From contig JAFYUV010000017.1 in assembly GCA_017549425.1 (NCBI GenBank), positions 244,007 through 308,006 on the forward strand: a stretch of DNA of 64,000 bases, read 5' to 3'. How positions within the stretch are numbered: the first letter of the stretch is position 1; the number at the start of each line of letters is the position of its first letter. Source of the stretch: Clostridia bacterium (GTDB lineage: Bacteria; Bacillota; Clostridia; TANB77; CAG-465). Positions 29,370-40,125 of the stretch are shown piece after piece. The position numbers and the translations under genes were made by a program. The notes under the pieces were generated by a model. It searched no databases. It was not told the origin of the DNA and worked only from the letters and a program-made list of their open reading frames with translations.

Positions 29370-30633
29370 CTACTTAAAATTTACCATTAAGTAGGAATTA
29401 AAAGTATGTCTTAAATAATCTATTAAATTAGAACGAGGAATGTCTGCTGTAACGATTGCGTTTACTTGGAAGATTTCTGTGCCATCCTTATCTTTAAAAA
29501 TTACTTTTCCAACTGCATCGTTAGCTTTTAATGGTGCACATATATTTTCGTTTAATATAACTTCCTGGCTAACTTCAATACTAGTACCTTTTTCTAATAT
29601 TTGAGTAACATCATTTTCAAAAACTATTTTAACTTTACTGTTAATAGCTTTGTTTATATTTAGCGTCGAGATAGTATCGCCTTTTTTTGCGTATGTTTTT
29701 ACTTGGTAGTTGCTAAATCCGTAGTTTAATAATTGTGTGATTTCATTTCCTCTAATATCTCCAGAAGGAGCTGTAAGAACAACCGCTATAAGGGACATAT
29801 TATCTCTGGTTGCTGTAGCTGTTAGATTAAATAAAGCTTTTGAAGTTGAACCTGTTTTTAAACCAGTGATACCAGAATATGTTTTTAATAATTTATTTGT
29901 ATTAGATAATTCGAAAGTTCCACCACGTATAGAATCCATCCAAATAGAAGTGTATTTTAAAATATTCGGATGTTTTGTTACTAGTTCTCTAGACATGATA
30001 GCTATATCTTTAGCTGATGAGTAATGATTATCTTCATCAATGCCGTGAGCATTCATAAAATGTGTGTGTTCTAATCCTAAAGTTTTTGCTTTTTCATTCA
30101 TCATTTGAACAAAATTTTCTTCTGAACCAGCAATTAATTCCGCCATTGCGACGCATACATCATTTGCAGAAACTACGCAGATACATTTTAGTGCTTCGTC
30201 TATAGTTAGTTGTTCACCTTCTTTGAACCATATTTGTGAGCCGTCCCATTTTAGATGCGTTTAAGCTACATGTCACAGTGTCTTCTAATTTTATTTTACC
30301 ACTATCTATTGCTTCCATGATTAAAATTAAAGTCATAACTTTTGTTACAGAGGCAGGAAGCAGTTCTTCATTTTCGTTATTTGCGTAAAGTATTTTTCCA
30401 GTACTTTGTTCCATTAATACTTGAGCCTTAGACTGAAAATTAAAGGTAGGAGTAGCCACTGTTTGGATTGATGATTCTATTGTTTTATATTGTTCTGATT
30501 TTGTTTCATTGTCTACTATTGCAAAAGTTGGTAACGAATTGGCTAACAATACTTGAGAAAAGGCGGTAAAGAACATAGAAAACAGTACTAAAAAAGACAT
30601 GAGTAATTTAAACTTTTTCTTAAAGAATTTCAT
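29370..30633 (-). CDS. dacF: D-Ala-D-Ala carboxypeptidase (DacF-like, ~420 aa), needs +1 frameshift at 30243
   Basis: Signal peptide and SxxK (ASVTK) upstream; SxN (VSAND) and KTG (LKTG) in the +1 frame; junction reads ASKMG/GSQIWFKEGE. Confidence 0.8.
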
Positions 30634-30847
30634 TTATATCCCCCCGTTAAACATGATATATTACAATATATTAAATAAAATTAGAGTTATGTCTAAAGGC
30701 TTAAAAAAGCATTGTTAATTTTATTTGTTACAAAAATATTACAATAACATATCATTTTGTCGCATGATTTAAAAAAAGTAGAGTATAACTTGACTGAAAA
30801 AAAAGTTTGATATATTATATTAAAAAATATTGTGGAGGTTTTTACAT

Positions 30848-31951
30848 ATGATAGGAATGAATCAAATTAAGAAAAGATTACTATATGGTATTTTAATTGG
30901 ATTAAGTGTTGGAATCGTTGGTATTGTTATAATTTTAATAATAACTAATGGAACAATAAAAAGTTATGAAGAAGGAACAAATGAAGATTTCTTAAATAAT
31001 TATACGCAGTATGTAGCAACTTTTAACAGAGATGTTATACAAGGTGAAACAATAACTGCGGATATGATAACACAAGCTAGAGTACATAAAAACACTGTAC
31101 CAGCAAATGCTGCGTCTCAAGGATATTTGGTTGGGAAAATAGCAAAATACAATATTCCATCTGGAGTAACTGTAGTAAATAGCATGGTATCAGACTCAGT
31201 TGTAACTATGGATGTTAGAACTCAACAAGTTACAGCAGTGCTTTTACCAGCAAAACTAGTTGCAGGAGAATATGTAGATATTCGTTTGCAAGTTCCTAGT
31301 GGTGTTGAATATATTGTATTACCACAAGTTAAAGTGATAGACATAGTAGGAACAACAATATGGTTAAATTTATCTGAAGCCGATTTATTGTTATTAAACA
31401 GTGCTATAGTTGACTCATATATGATAGAAGGTTCTAAATTATATGCAGTACAATATGCTGAACCAGATACACAAATATCTACAGATGCAGAAGCTACTGA
31501 ACAAGCAAGACTATATATAGAAGGAAAAATAAAAGAACAAATAGATGCGTTAGCAGAAGAAGTTGAAGTTGTGACTGGTGTTGAAGATAACGGAGAAGAA
31601 ACAACAGATACAGAGTTACAAGTTCCAGAAAGAAATATACCAGCTGAAGACCTTATTAATATGATTTCTACATATGCAATAGAATATAGATATTATGTTG
31701 AATCTTACAACAAGATAGAAAGCAATTACCAACCTAATGCTACTGTAATGGCATTTATGCAAGGTAATGAATATGTTGTAGAACAAGCTAAGGAAAAATT
31801 AAGTGAAGAAATAAGAGCGGGAATAGAAGCTAGTATAGATGCTTTTGAAGCTGATCAAGATGAAGGTGATTATTCAAATATTGTTTCAGGAATAACATCA
31901 TCTATATCTACTCAACAAAGTTTAAGAGGTCAAGTTTTAAGCGGTCAATAA
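30848..31951 (+). CDS. SAF-domain pilus assembly protein (CpaB-like)
   Basis: N-terminal TM, RDVIQGETITADM, GEYVDIRL. Confidence 0.7.
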   Translation: MIGMNQIKKRLLYGILIGLSVGIVGIVIILIITNGTIKSYEEGTNEDFLNNYTQYVATFNRDVIQGETITADMITQARVHKNTVPANAASQGYLVGKIAKYNIPSGVTVVNSMVSDSVVTMDVRTQQVTAVLLPAKLVAGEYVDIRLQVPSGVEYIVLPQVKVIDIVGTTIWLNLSEADLLLLNSAIVDSYMIEGSKLYAVQYAEPDTQISTDAEATEQARLYIEGKIKEQIDALAEEVEVVTGVEDNGEETTDTELQVPERNIPAEDLINMISTYAIEYRYYVESYNKIESNYQPNATVMAFMQGNEYVVEQAKEKLSEEIRAGIEASIDAFEADQDEGDYSNIVSGITSSISTQQSLRGQVLSGQ

Positions 31952-31971
31952 AATCTAGGTAAGGAGGAAAT

Positions 31972-32697
31972 ATGCAAAAGATAATAGCGTTCGTAGGATA
32001 CGTTAATAAATCTGAGTTTATAATTAATTTAGCAAAAGTTTTAGATATAATGAGAAAAAAAGTTCTTGTTGTAGATGGTACTTCAGAACAAAGAATTAAA
32101 TATACAATTCCAACTTTTGATGTAGCAGCAAAAGAATCATTAACTCATTTTGATGGAACAGATTACGCAGTGGGTTTTGACAGTATAGAAGCTATAAAAA
32201 ATTATATATGTACAAAAACATCAGTTGCTGAAGATTATGACTATATATTATTAGATATAGATAATAAAAAGGATTATGAACATTTTAAAGATGAAAATAT
32301 TTCAAGGTATTTCTTCTTTATAGAGCATACAACAATGTCTTTAATAAGAAATGAAGAGTTATTAAGATGCATGACTCAAGATAGAAGTGAAGAAGACAAG
32401 ATAGAACTAACAAAAATAGTTTTTAAATATTATATTTCACGAGCTTCTCAAAAATATTTTGAAGGAAGATTAATGGATATGAATGTAAGGTGGTTCGATT
32501 CAGAATATGAATTGCCTTACACAGATCAAGATAAAGTTGCAGATTTAGAATCTGAATTAAGTGGCTATATAGATTTTTCAAGACACACAAAACAATACAT
32601 GATGTTAGTTACAGATGTTGCGTCTGAAATATTAAATGGAGTAGCAGCTGGTGAGATAAGAAAAAATATAAAAGCGTATTCAAGGAGGAAAATTTAA
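31972..32697 (+). CDS. Degenerate MinD/ParA-like protein
   Basis: IIAFVGYVNKSE, KVLVVD, YDYILLD. Confidence 0.55.
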   Translation: MQKIIAFVGYVNKSEFIINLAKVLDIMRKKVLVVDGTSEQRIKYTIPTFDVAAKESLTHFDGTDYAVGFDSIEAIKNYICTKTSVAEDYDYILLDIDNKKDYEHFKDENISRYFFFIEHTTMSLIRNEELLRCMTQDRSEEDKIELTKIVFKYYISRASQKYFEGRLMDMNVRWFDSEYELPYTDQDKVADLESELSGYIDFSRHTKQYMMLVTDVASEILNGVAAGEIRKNIKAYSRRKI

Positions 32698-33506
32698 TGC
32701 CAAAGATAGTTTTTTGGTGCCCTGAGGCTAAGGCAGTTGGACAAACACATGCTGCAATTGCGGTGTCTACGCTAATGGCTATGGAAGAAGATTATTCGAA
32801 CATTTTACTTCCAGGACAATGGCAATCAAAGAAAATTGGAACAGCATTTGAAGATTATGATTTATTAAATACAAAAGGTGTTTTTAATAATTCTGGTATT
32901 GGGCTTACTGCGTTGGCAAGATTAGTTACTAGTAATAAAATAACTCCAGAAGCTATAAGAAACTATTCTAAGCCAATACTAAAACAAAGATTGGATATTA
33001 TGTATGGAACTAATGTAAATAGCAGAGAACAATTTGATTTACTTATTTCTCAATTTCCATCAATAGTTCAAAAAGCGTCAGAAGCTTATGACATAGTTTG
33101 GGTAGATTTACCGAAAACAGACCAAAAAGAATATATAGTGGAAACGTTAAAATCTGCTGATTTAGTAATATGTGCATTTAATCAAGAAGCAAATCTTTTG
33201 CAGGATTATATGCCTACGTTAGAAACTAATGAATTATTAAAAGACAAGAAAAAAATAATTTTAATGTGCGATTATGAAGAAAAATCTAGATATAATATAC
33301 CTAATATAAGAAGAATGTTTGGTATAAAAGAACCAATTTTTGCAATTCCACATAATTATATTTATACTGATGCTTGTAATATGGGAAATGTAGTTGAAGG
33401 TTTTTTCTATAAAAATATTGCAGCTGATTCTAATGATTATAATGGTTATTTTATATCTGAAACAAGAAAAGTTGTAAAAAAAGTATTAGATTTAGTTAGA
33501 ATTTAA
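32697..33506 (+). CDS. ParA/CpaE(TadZ)-like protein
   Basis: VFWCP...VGQT, YDIVWVDLP, ADLVI. Confidence 0.6.
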   Translation: MPKIVFWCPEAKAVGQTHAAIAVSTLMAMEEDYSNILLPGQWQSKKIGTAFEDYDLLNTKGVFNNSGIGLTALARLVTSNKITPEAIRNYSKPILKQRLDIMYGTNVNSREQFDLLISQFPSIVQKASEAYDIVWVDLPKTDQKEYIVETLKSADLVICAFNQEANLLQDYMPTLETNELLKDKKKIILMCDYEEKSRYNIPNIRRMFGIKEPIFAIPHNYIYTDACNMGNVVEGFFYKNIAADSNDYNGYFISETRKVVKKVLDLVRI

Positions 33507-33529
33507 GCAATTAGCTAAGACACTAGGGG

Positions 33530-35428
33530 GTGTATAATTTGGACTTTACATTTGTTATTAATTTAATATTGATAGTTGTAGTAGTTGCTTTAGTTGCATT
33601 TATTTTGTTTAACATTGCAAGAAACAAAAAAGGGACAGAAGTAGTAAATGAAGTTGAGCGTGAAAGACAAAAATATAGTATAAGCGGAATGATAGATTAT
33701 ATAAAAAATGAATTTGACGAAATTACTAGAATGAACTTATACGATTTAGCTTTGTCTGAGGAAGAGTTCGAAAGAAGAAAAAACACAAAGTATGAATTAA
33801 AAAAAGCATTAAAAGGTGCAGGTTATGCTGCAACAAATGATAAAAAATATGTTAAAACTTTGATGTTTGACCTTTTGAGAAACCAATATAAAGTTACTGA
33901 AAGAAATATAAACTACGCGATTCCTTTTGATAATGCAGAAAGATTAACAGAGCAAGATAAATTTGATATTTTACTACATATATATAAACAAACATATAAA
34001 AGAAATGCATTAACTGAAATTATTACAAAATATGCATTGGACAATCCTGAATTTGATTCAGAGGGAGTCCCTTCATATAGAATAACTAGAGAACAAATAA
34101 ATGAAATATTTGAAAAAGAAAGTCCATTATCTGTAATAGATTTTGAAGATAAATTAGAAATAGTTGTTCAAAGAGTATATCAACACTATAAAGGATTTAG
34201 TGTAATAGATGATATTCGTGACCAAAATATAGATGGTGTATCTGGTGGTGTATCTGGTATACCTCCATCATTCCTTGACCAAGTTGGAGATATGGAAGAT
34301 TACTTAGACCAAACTGGTAAGATAAATATACCGATGTCATACGACAGTGTATGGATATTCTATAAAGGTAAATCAATGTATTTACAATTCTTATCGTTTG
34401 GAAGCGAAGCAGAACTACGTAGAGTTTGTCAAAATATATATAAATATAACAATCCTGGTCAGTTATCTGAATCTGTTGGTTTCAAAATCAACGAAATGAA
34501 GGATGGTTCCAGAATAGTTGTTTTAAGACCAAACTTTGCAGAGTCTTGGGCATTCTTCGTAAGAAAGTTTGCTCCACCTACATTAATTGATGCACATCAA
34601 TTATTAATACATAAAAATAAAGAAAATGTTGTTGAATTATTAAAATATTTAATAAGAGGAGCAAGAGTAACAGCTATAACAGGAGAGCAAGGTTGTGGTA
34701 AAACAACACTTCTTATGGCTATAATGAAATACTTGTATCCGACAATAACGATGCGTGTTCAGGAAACAGCATTCGAATTACACTTAAGAAAAATTTATCC
34801 AAATAGTAACATACTAAGTTTAAGAGAAACAGAAACAATAACAGGTCAAATGGGACTTGATGTTCAGAAAAAAACTGATGGTGGTGTTAATATCCTGGGA
34901 GAGGTTGCAACAGACCCGGTTGCTGCATGGATGATTCAGATGGCACAGGTTGCTTCTAAATTTACATTATTTACACACCACGCTAAAACATTCCCAAACC
35001 TTATAACTGCACTTAGAAACTCATTGTTAAAAATAGGAATGTTTAATAACGAAGAAGTTGCTGAAGTACAGGTTGTTAATGTAATAAACTTCGATGTACA
35101 CTTAAAAAGAGGCGTTGATGGAACACGTTACATAGAAAGAATTACAGAATGTATTCCAAAAGAAAAGGAATTCCATTACTCAGACGATTATGAAAGCAAA
35201 AAAACAATAGAAGGAAAAATGGATGTATTGATAGCTAATGCTACAGAGTATTTTAGGCATATGACGCAAACATCAAACTATGAATATAAAAATATAGTTG
35301 AGTTTAAAGATGGTGAATATATATTTGCTAATCCAATTAGTGCAGAGAATGTTCAAGCGATGAGAGAGAATATGTCTGAAGAAGATATAAGAGCTTTTGA
35401 CAAATTCCTAGATGTGGCATGGGGGTGA
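33530..35428 (+). CDS. CpaF/TadA-like pilus assembly ATPase
   Basis: DGSRIVVLRP, FFVRKF, Walker A GEQGCGKTT, ILGEV, FTHHA. Confidence 0.85.
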   Translation: MYNLDFTFVINLILIVVVVALVAFILFNIARNKKGTEVVNEVERERQKYSISGMIDYIKNEFDEITRMNLYDLALSEEEFERRKNTKYELKKALKGAGYAATNDKKYVKTLMFDLLRNQYKVTERNINYAIPFDNAERLTEQDKFDILLHIYKQTYKRNALTEIITKYALDNPEFDSEGVPSYRITREQINEIFEKESPLSVIDFEDKLEIVVQRVYQHYKGFSVIDDIRDQNIDGVSGGVSGIPPSFLDQVGDMEDYLDQTGKINIPMSYDSVWIFYKGKSMYLQFLSFGSEAELRRVCQNIYKYNNPGQLSESVGFKINEMKDGSRIVVLRPNFAESWAFFVRKFAPPTLIDAHQLLIHKNKENVVELLKYLIRGARVTAITGEQGCGKTTLLMAIMKYLYPTITMRVQETAFELHLRKIYPNSNILSLRETETITGQMGLDVQKKTDGGVNILGEVATDPVAAWMIQMAQVASKFTLFTHHAKTFPNLITALRNSLLKIGMFNNEEVAEVQVVNVINFDVHLKRGVDGTRYIERITECIPKEKEFHYSDDYESKKTIEGKMDVLIANATEYFRHMTQTSNYEYKNIVEFKDGEYIFANPISAENVQAMRENMSEEDIRAFDKFLDVAWG

Positions 35429-35435
35429 GTCGTAA

Positions 35436-37493
35436 GTGGTATACTATGTAGTTGGAATAATGATTGGTGTTGGAGTTTTAGGTATGCTAGGATTACTAGT
35501 ATACTACTACTCAACCAAGAAAAAATATAAAAAGAATAAAGTTTTATATAAAAAAGACCAAATAGTTATAAAAAACAAATCATCATTTAAAGATGTCTTT
35601 GATAAAATTTATCAATCATTTTATATGATTTCATTAAGAATACCAGTAGTAAGTTATTATACTAGAAAGACAAGATTAAAGCTTGAAATGGTTAATGACT
35701 ACACTGAGTATGAAATAAGAAGAAGAACAGGTTCAATAATATTAAAATCAGTATTATTTGTTATAATAGCTCTGTTTATATTCTTAAATGTTGTTGATGA
35801 TTTAATAATGTCGCTAATGGTAATTATAATGGTATTTATAGTTAATGACGTAATGATAGATTCGCAAGTAAATAAGGTGGCAGATAAGATAGTAAGACAA
35901 ATACCAGAAGTATTTACCCAAATAAGACATTCATTCCATGAACATGGAATGATAGAAGAAGCTTTTAACGAAGCTATAGATGAATTAGAAGATAAAGAAA
36001 TAATGCCTCAAATACGAAGGATTAGAGAAGCAATAACTTCAGATAATCCTGAAGTAGAACTTGAAAGATATTACGATGTTGCGCCAAACAGATTCTTAAA
36101 ATTGTTTGCTGGTATATCTTATCTTACGATGGAACTAGGAGACAGAAAAGTTGATGGTGTGTCTGTATATCTTAAAAATTTAAATAATATATTAAATGAT
36201 GCGTATCTAGATTTATTAAAAAGTGATTCAATTAGATATAAGTTTAGAAGTTTAACAGCGATAGCTGTTGCTCCGATATTCTTTATCGAAATATTAAAAG
36301 ATTGGGCTGTAAGTAATTTCTCAACTTTAACAAACTTTTATTCAAGTAGTTTTGCTTTTATAATAAAAGCTGCGGTATTGATTTCAATATTTGTTTCGTA
36401 CTTTGGATTAAAAGTTATAAAAGATGATTCAGGGCAAATTAAATTTGATAAGATTTCTACAAAGAGATGGCAGGAAAAGGTATATAAAATACCGATAGTA
36501 AAACAAATAGTTTCTGCTTTTATGCCAGCAGAAAATACTAGAAAATATATACGTAAATCGCAAAATATTAAAGGTATTAATGCATACCTTACAATGGAAT
36601 GGTTTTACGTAAATAAGTTTGCTTATGCTGTAATTTCTTTTGTAGTTGTACTTATACTTTGTTTAAATATGCATCATATAGATGTACAAAGTGTGTATAC
36701 TGCTTTATCCGATGAATTTACAAGCTTAGGTCAACTATCTGAAGAAGACCAAAAAGCAGCAGAAGATTATGCTAAAAAAGATGCAGAAACTGTCCAAGAA
36801 TTAAAGGATAAAGGAAAGATAACGGTAGATGATGTAAAGGTTACACTTCAACAAAAAGGTGAAACGGCTACCGATGAAGACGCACAGAGAATTTTAGATA
36901 AGATAGATAATGTAAAATCTGCATATTTAAAATTCTGGGAAGTAATTATTGCCTTTGGTGTTGCATGGATTGCATTCTTTGTTCCAGATTTAATACTTAT
37001 TATTAAAAATAAGATTAGAGCAATGGAAAAAGAAGACGAAATAATGCAATTTCAATCAATAATATTAATGCTTATGTATATAGAAAGAGTAGATGTACAA
37101 ACATTACTTGAATGGCTAGAAAGATATTCTTATGCATTTAAAGAACCAATTGCTACTGCTTTAAATAACTATGAAGCTGGTGCATTAGAAGCTTTAGAAG
37201 AATTAAGAGACGCAGTACCGCATAAAGACTTTAAGAGAATTTGTGAAGGTCTAATGTCCGCAGTGGAAAGAATTCCAATTAAAGATGCATTTGATGAACT
37301 TGAAACAGAAAGAAGCTTCTATTATGAAAGAAGAAAAGAAGCTAATACAAGAATTGTAGATCAAAAATATACATATGGAAAAGCATTAGGATTTGCTCCT
37401 ATGATAATACTGTTAACAGGTTATTTTATAGGGCCACTTATGGTAGTAAGTGTATTACAATTAGTAAATTACATGGATACTATGGGTGCATAA
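35436..37493 (+). CDS. Fused TadB/TadC-like membrane platform protein
   Basis: Two TM-plus-helical halves directly after the ATPase. Confidence 0.65.
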   Translation: MVYYVVGIMIGVGVLGMLGLLVYYYSTKKKYKKNKVLYKKDQIVIKNKSSFKDVFDKIYQSFYMISLRIPVVSYYTRKTRLKLEMVNDYTEYEIRRRTGSIILKSVLFVIIALFIFLNVVDDLIMSLMVIIMVFIVNDVMIDSQVNKVADKIVRQIPEVFTQIRHSFHEHGMIEEAFNEAIDELEDKEIMPQIRRIREAITSDNPEVELERYYDVAPNRFLKLFAGISYLTMELGDRKVDGVSVYLKNLNNILNDAYLDLLKSDSIRYKFRSLTAIAVAPIFFIEILKDWAVSNFSTLTNFYSSSFAFIIKAAVLISIFVSYFGLKVIKDDSGQIKFDKISTKRWQEKVYKIPIVKQIVSAFMPAENTRKYIRKSQNIKGINAYLTMEWFYVNKFAYAVISFVVVLILCLNMHHIDVQSVYTALSDEFTSLGQLSEEDQKAAEDYAKKDAETVQELKDKGKITVDDVKVTLQQKGETATDEDAQRILDKIDNVKSAYLKFWEVIIAFGVAWIAFFVPDLILIIKNKIRAMEKEDEIMQFQSIILMLMYIERVDVQTLLEWLERYSYAFKEPIATALNNYEAGALEALEELRDAVPHKDFKRICEGLMSAVERIPIKDAFDELETERSFYYERRKEANTRIVDQKYTYGKALGFAPMIILLTGYFIGPLMVVSVLQLVNYMDTMGA

Positions 37494-37589
37494 ACACAGG
37501 TTATTACATTCCAAACAAACGGAATGTTTAACATATATTATATATGATATATTTATATTATTCATATGAAAAAAAGGAGGAATTAAATT

Positions 37590-38156
37590 ATGGATAATGC
37601 ACAAAAAGCGATTATGATTGGTGTAGGACTTTTCATTACAATCATAATAATTTCAGCAGTACTATTAATAACTAATATTGGTACTAACTTAGTAAACAAT
37701 GCACAAAGTCAAATGAGTGGTATATCAACATCACTTCAAAACCAAGTAACAGCATCTTTTGATGGAAAAGTAATGACTGGAGCAGAAGTTATAGCTGCTG
37801 TTCAACAATATGAAAACTCTAATAATTTATCTGTTAGAATTATTGTTACAGGTACAGCTTCTGCTAAGCAATTTGAAACTGGAAAATATGGAGTTAAAAT
37901 TGATGCTACTCAATTAGAAGCATTAACAAAACCAATTGCAGGTGGTATTTTAGTTAACCCTGCTGATGGAACATCTTATGATGAGGCTACTAAATCTACT
38001 CTTACTGATATCCAAGCTACAGGAGGAGTGTCTGCAACTCAAACATATAATTCTTACGTTATGAAAGATGAGAATTCTCAAACAGTTATGGGAATTTGCT
38101 TTGTTAGAGTTGGTATTGATTCAACGGAATTAAAAGTTGTTCCAGGAAATATCTAA
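37590..38156 (+). CDS. Major pilin-like protein
   Basis: MDNAQKAIMIGVGLFITIIIISAVLLI N-terminus, strong AGGAGG RBS, own terminator. Confidence 0.65.
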   Translation: MDNAQKAIMIGVGLFITIIIISAVLLITNIGTNLVNNAQSQMSGISTSLQNQVTASFDGKVMTGAEVIAAVQQYENSNNLSVRIIVTGTASAKQFETGKYGVKIDATQLEALTKPIAGGILVNPADGTSYDEATKSTLTDIQATGGVSATQTYNSYVMKDENSQTVMGICFVRVGIDSTELKVVPGNI

Positions 38157-38269
38157 TAGTTTGAATTTAGGATAAAAGGCATATAATTATGTAATTATAT
38201 GCCCTTTTAACTATTATATAGATATATGTACAAGTAGTATATATATGTGTGTAATATAAAGGAGGAAAC

Positions 38270-38719
38270 ATGGAAGATAGTTCAATTAGAGCGATTACCA
38301 TAGGGGTAGGACTATTTGTTATTTTGCTTACTATTTCTGCTATTGTAGGTTATGTTACGGTTGCAAGAGGAATGGCTACTGTAGTTGACCAAGGATTAAG
38401 ATTAGATGAAGTATCGTATGAAAATATATTAGACTATAAAGAAGATGTTACTATTGCTGCTAAGGGAATTGAGGTTAAAAATTTTATTAGAAAATATGTA
38501 GGTGACGAGAACATAAAAAAGATAAGTATAATTGAAAATGGAGTTGAATCAGTTGTTGATAAAAACCTAGTATTTGATACGGAAACAAATATTGTTAATC
38601 CACCATATTTATTTAAGATTAATTCAAATGCTGATGTTAAGATGACTAAGAAAACAGAGAGTGATGGAAAAATTAGTATTACTATTGAAGGAACCAAAAT
38701 ATTTATAGCAACTGAATAA
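38270..38719 (+). CDS. Minor pilin-like protein
   Basis: MEDSSIRAITIGVGLFVILLTISAIV, paralogous to the previous N-terminus. Confidence 0.6.
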   Translation: MEDSSIRAITIGVGLFVILLTISAIVGYVTVARGMATVVDQGLRLDEVSYENILDYKEDVTIAAKGIEVKNFIRKYVGDENIKKISIIENGVESVVDKNLVFDTETNIVNPPYLFKINSNADVKMTKKTESDGKISITIEGTKIFIATE

Positions 38720-38730
38720 TAGGAGGAAAA

Positions 38731-39525
38731 ATGGAAGAAACTTTAAGTAAATTTGTAACGGCAATTGTAGCTATTTTTATTCTTTTCATATTCCCTGTGT
38801 ATATAGCTTATGAAAAGAAAGATGATATTTCTTATGCATTAGCTGTAAGGTATACTCAAGACTTTGTAGATAAAGTAAGAAGTAAAGGGTATATTACAAA
38901 AGATTTGTATGCAGATTATTTAGGTAATTTAGAAAGAACTGGGAATTTTTACGATGTAGAATTAGAACATATATATGTAAGATACGATGGAAACGAGCCA
39001 GATGGTACTAATATAAGTTCTACAAGAAATGAAGAAATATTTTCAACAAAATATATTGAAAATATATTGAACCAAGGCAATACGTATCAAATGAATGTAA
39101 ATGATACTTTTAATGTTACAATAAAAAACACAAACGTAACTTTGGCAACAGTTATTTATAACATAGTAACAGTTAATATGTCTAAAAGTAATGTTAGAGT
39201 ATATGTAGATTACGGTGGAAAGATATTAGCAGAAAAGTGGTATGATGGCAATTATATATATTCTGCTAAAGGTGGGATAATTGAGATAATTGGAGCTGGC
39301 ACTGGAGATGTAAATGGCGATGGTGATATAAATGAAGCTGACTATGACTTGTTTTATAAATGGTTTAGAGGAGAGAGTAGTGAGGGGATTGTTGAGAAAA
39401 ATGCTGATTTAAATTGCAATGATAAGATTGATTATGTGGATGTGACTCAATTATTGGCATTTGTAACTAACAAAAGACCAACCATAGGGTGTGGAGAGAC
39501 AATGGTTGAATCAACAAATAATTAG
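38731..39525 (+). CDS. TadE-like minor pilin with C-terminal dockerin-like domain
   Basis: N-terminal TM, FVDKVRSKGYIT; GDVNGDGDINEADY and ADLNCNDKIDYVDV duplicated Ca-binding loops. Confidence 0.7.
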   Translation: MEETLSKFVTAIVAIFILFIFPVYIAYEKKDDISYALAVRYTQDFVDKVRSKGYITKDLYADYLGNLERTGNFYDVELEHIYVRYDGNEPDGTNISSTRNEEIFSTKYIENILNQGNTYQMNVNDTFNVTIKNTNVTLATVIYNIVTVNMSKSNVRVYVDYGGKILAEKWYDGNYIYSAKGGIIEIIGAGTGDVNGDGDINEADYDLFYKWFRGESSEGIVEKNADLNCNDKIDYVDVTQLLAFVTNKRPTIGCGETMVESTNN

Positions 39526-40089
39526 GTGTTTGTAGAATTTGATTTTTGTACCTAATTAACTTGCTCCTGGTTTTATACAAGTTCTTGAATATCTTTCGCC
39601 TAGTATGCCAGGTCAAAATGCTGGATAAACCGATAATTATTACCTAGTATATGTAGAAGATATTAAATATAGCAGTGGTGTGGGTTTGTGTGATGGATAT
39701 TATGGAGATATAAACCTATATAGAGTTGTTGATACAGAATACGTAGTATTATTTGCTAAATATTTAGCTAAATTGAATATTTATCTTGGGCTAGTTGACA
39801 AGTACAGAATAAAGTTCTTGCAGATTTAGGTGTACTAAAACTGATTACTTATGAACCTAAATTAGGAAACTTTTGGGACAAGCCTTCTCAAGAGAGTATT
39901 CATGTTGCAAAAGAAGCTATGAGAATTTTCCAATATGAGTCTTCATATTATGTAAATGGTGTTAACTGTATTAATGTATATGGTTTTAAATCGTCTGATT
40001 TAAAATCTAAGATAACCTCAACTTGGAATAATTGGAATAGATTATTTATTAATAATAATAGAGTTGGAAATCCATTCACAGGCTTTTAA
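39526..40089 (+). pseudogene. Decayed coding remnant with second dockerin-like segment
   Basis: Fragments YYGDINLYRVVDTEYVVLFAKYLAK and ADLGVLKL...VGNPFTGF-stop interrupted by stops and frameshifts. Confidence 0.45.
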
Positions 40090-40125
40090 ATGAATCCAGC
40101 TCTAAAGACAAATGCCAAGTAGTAG

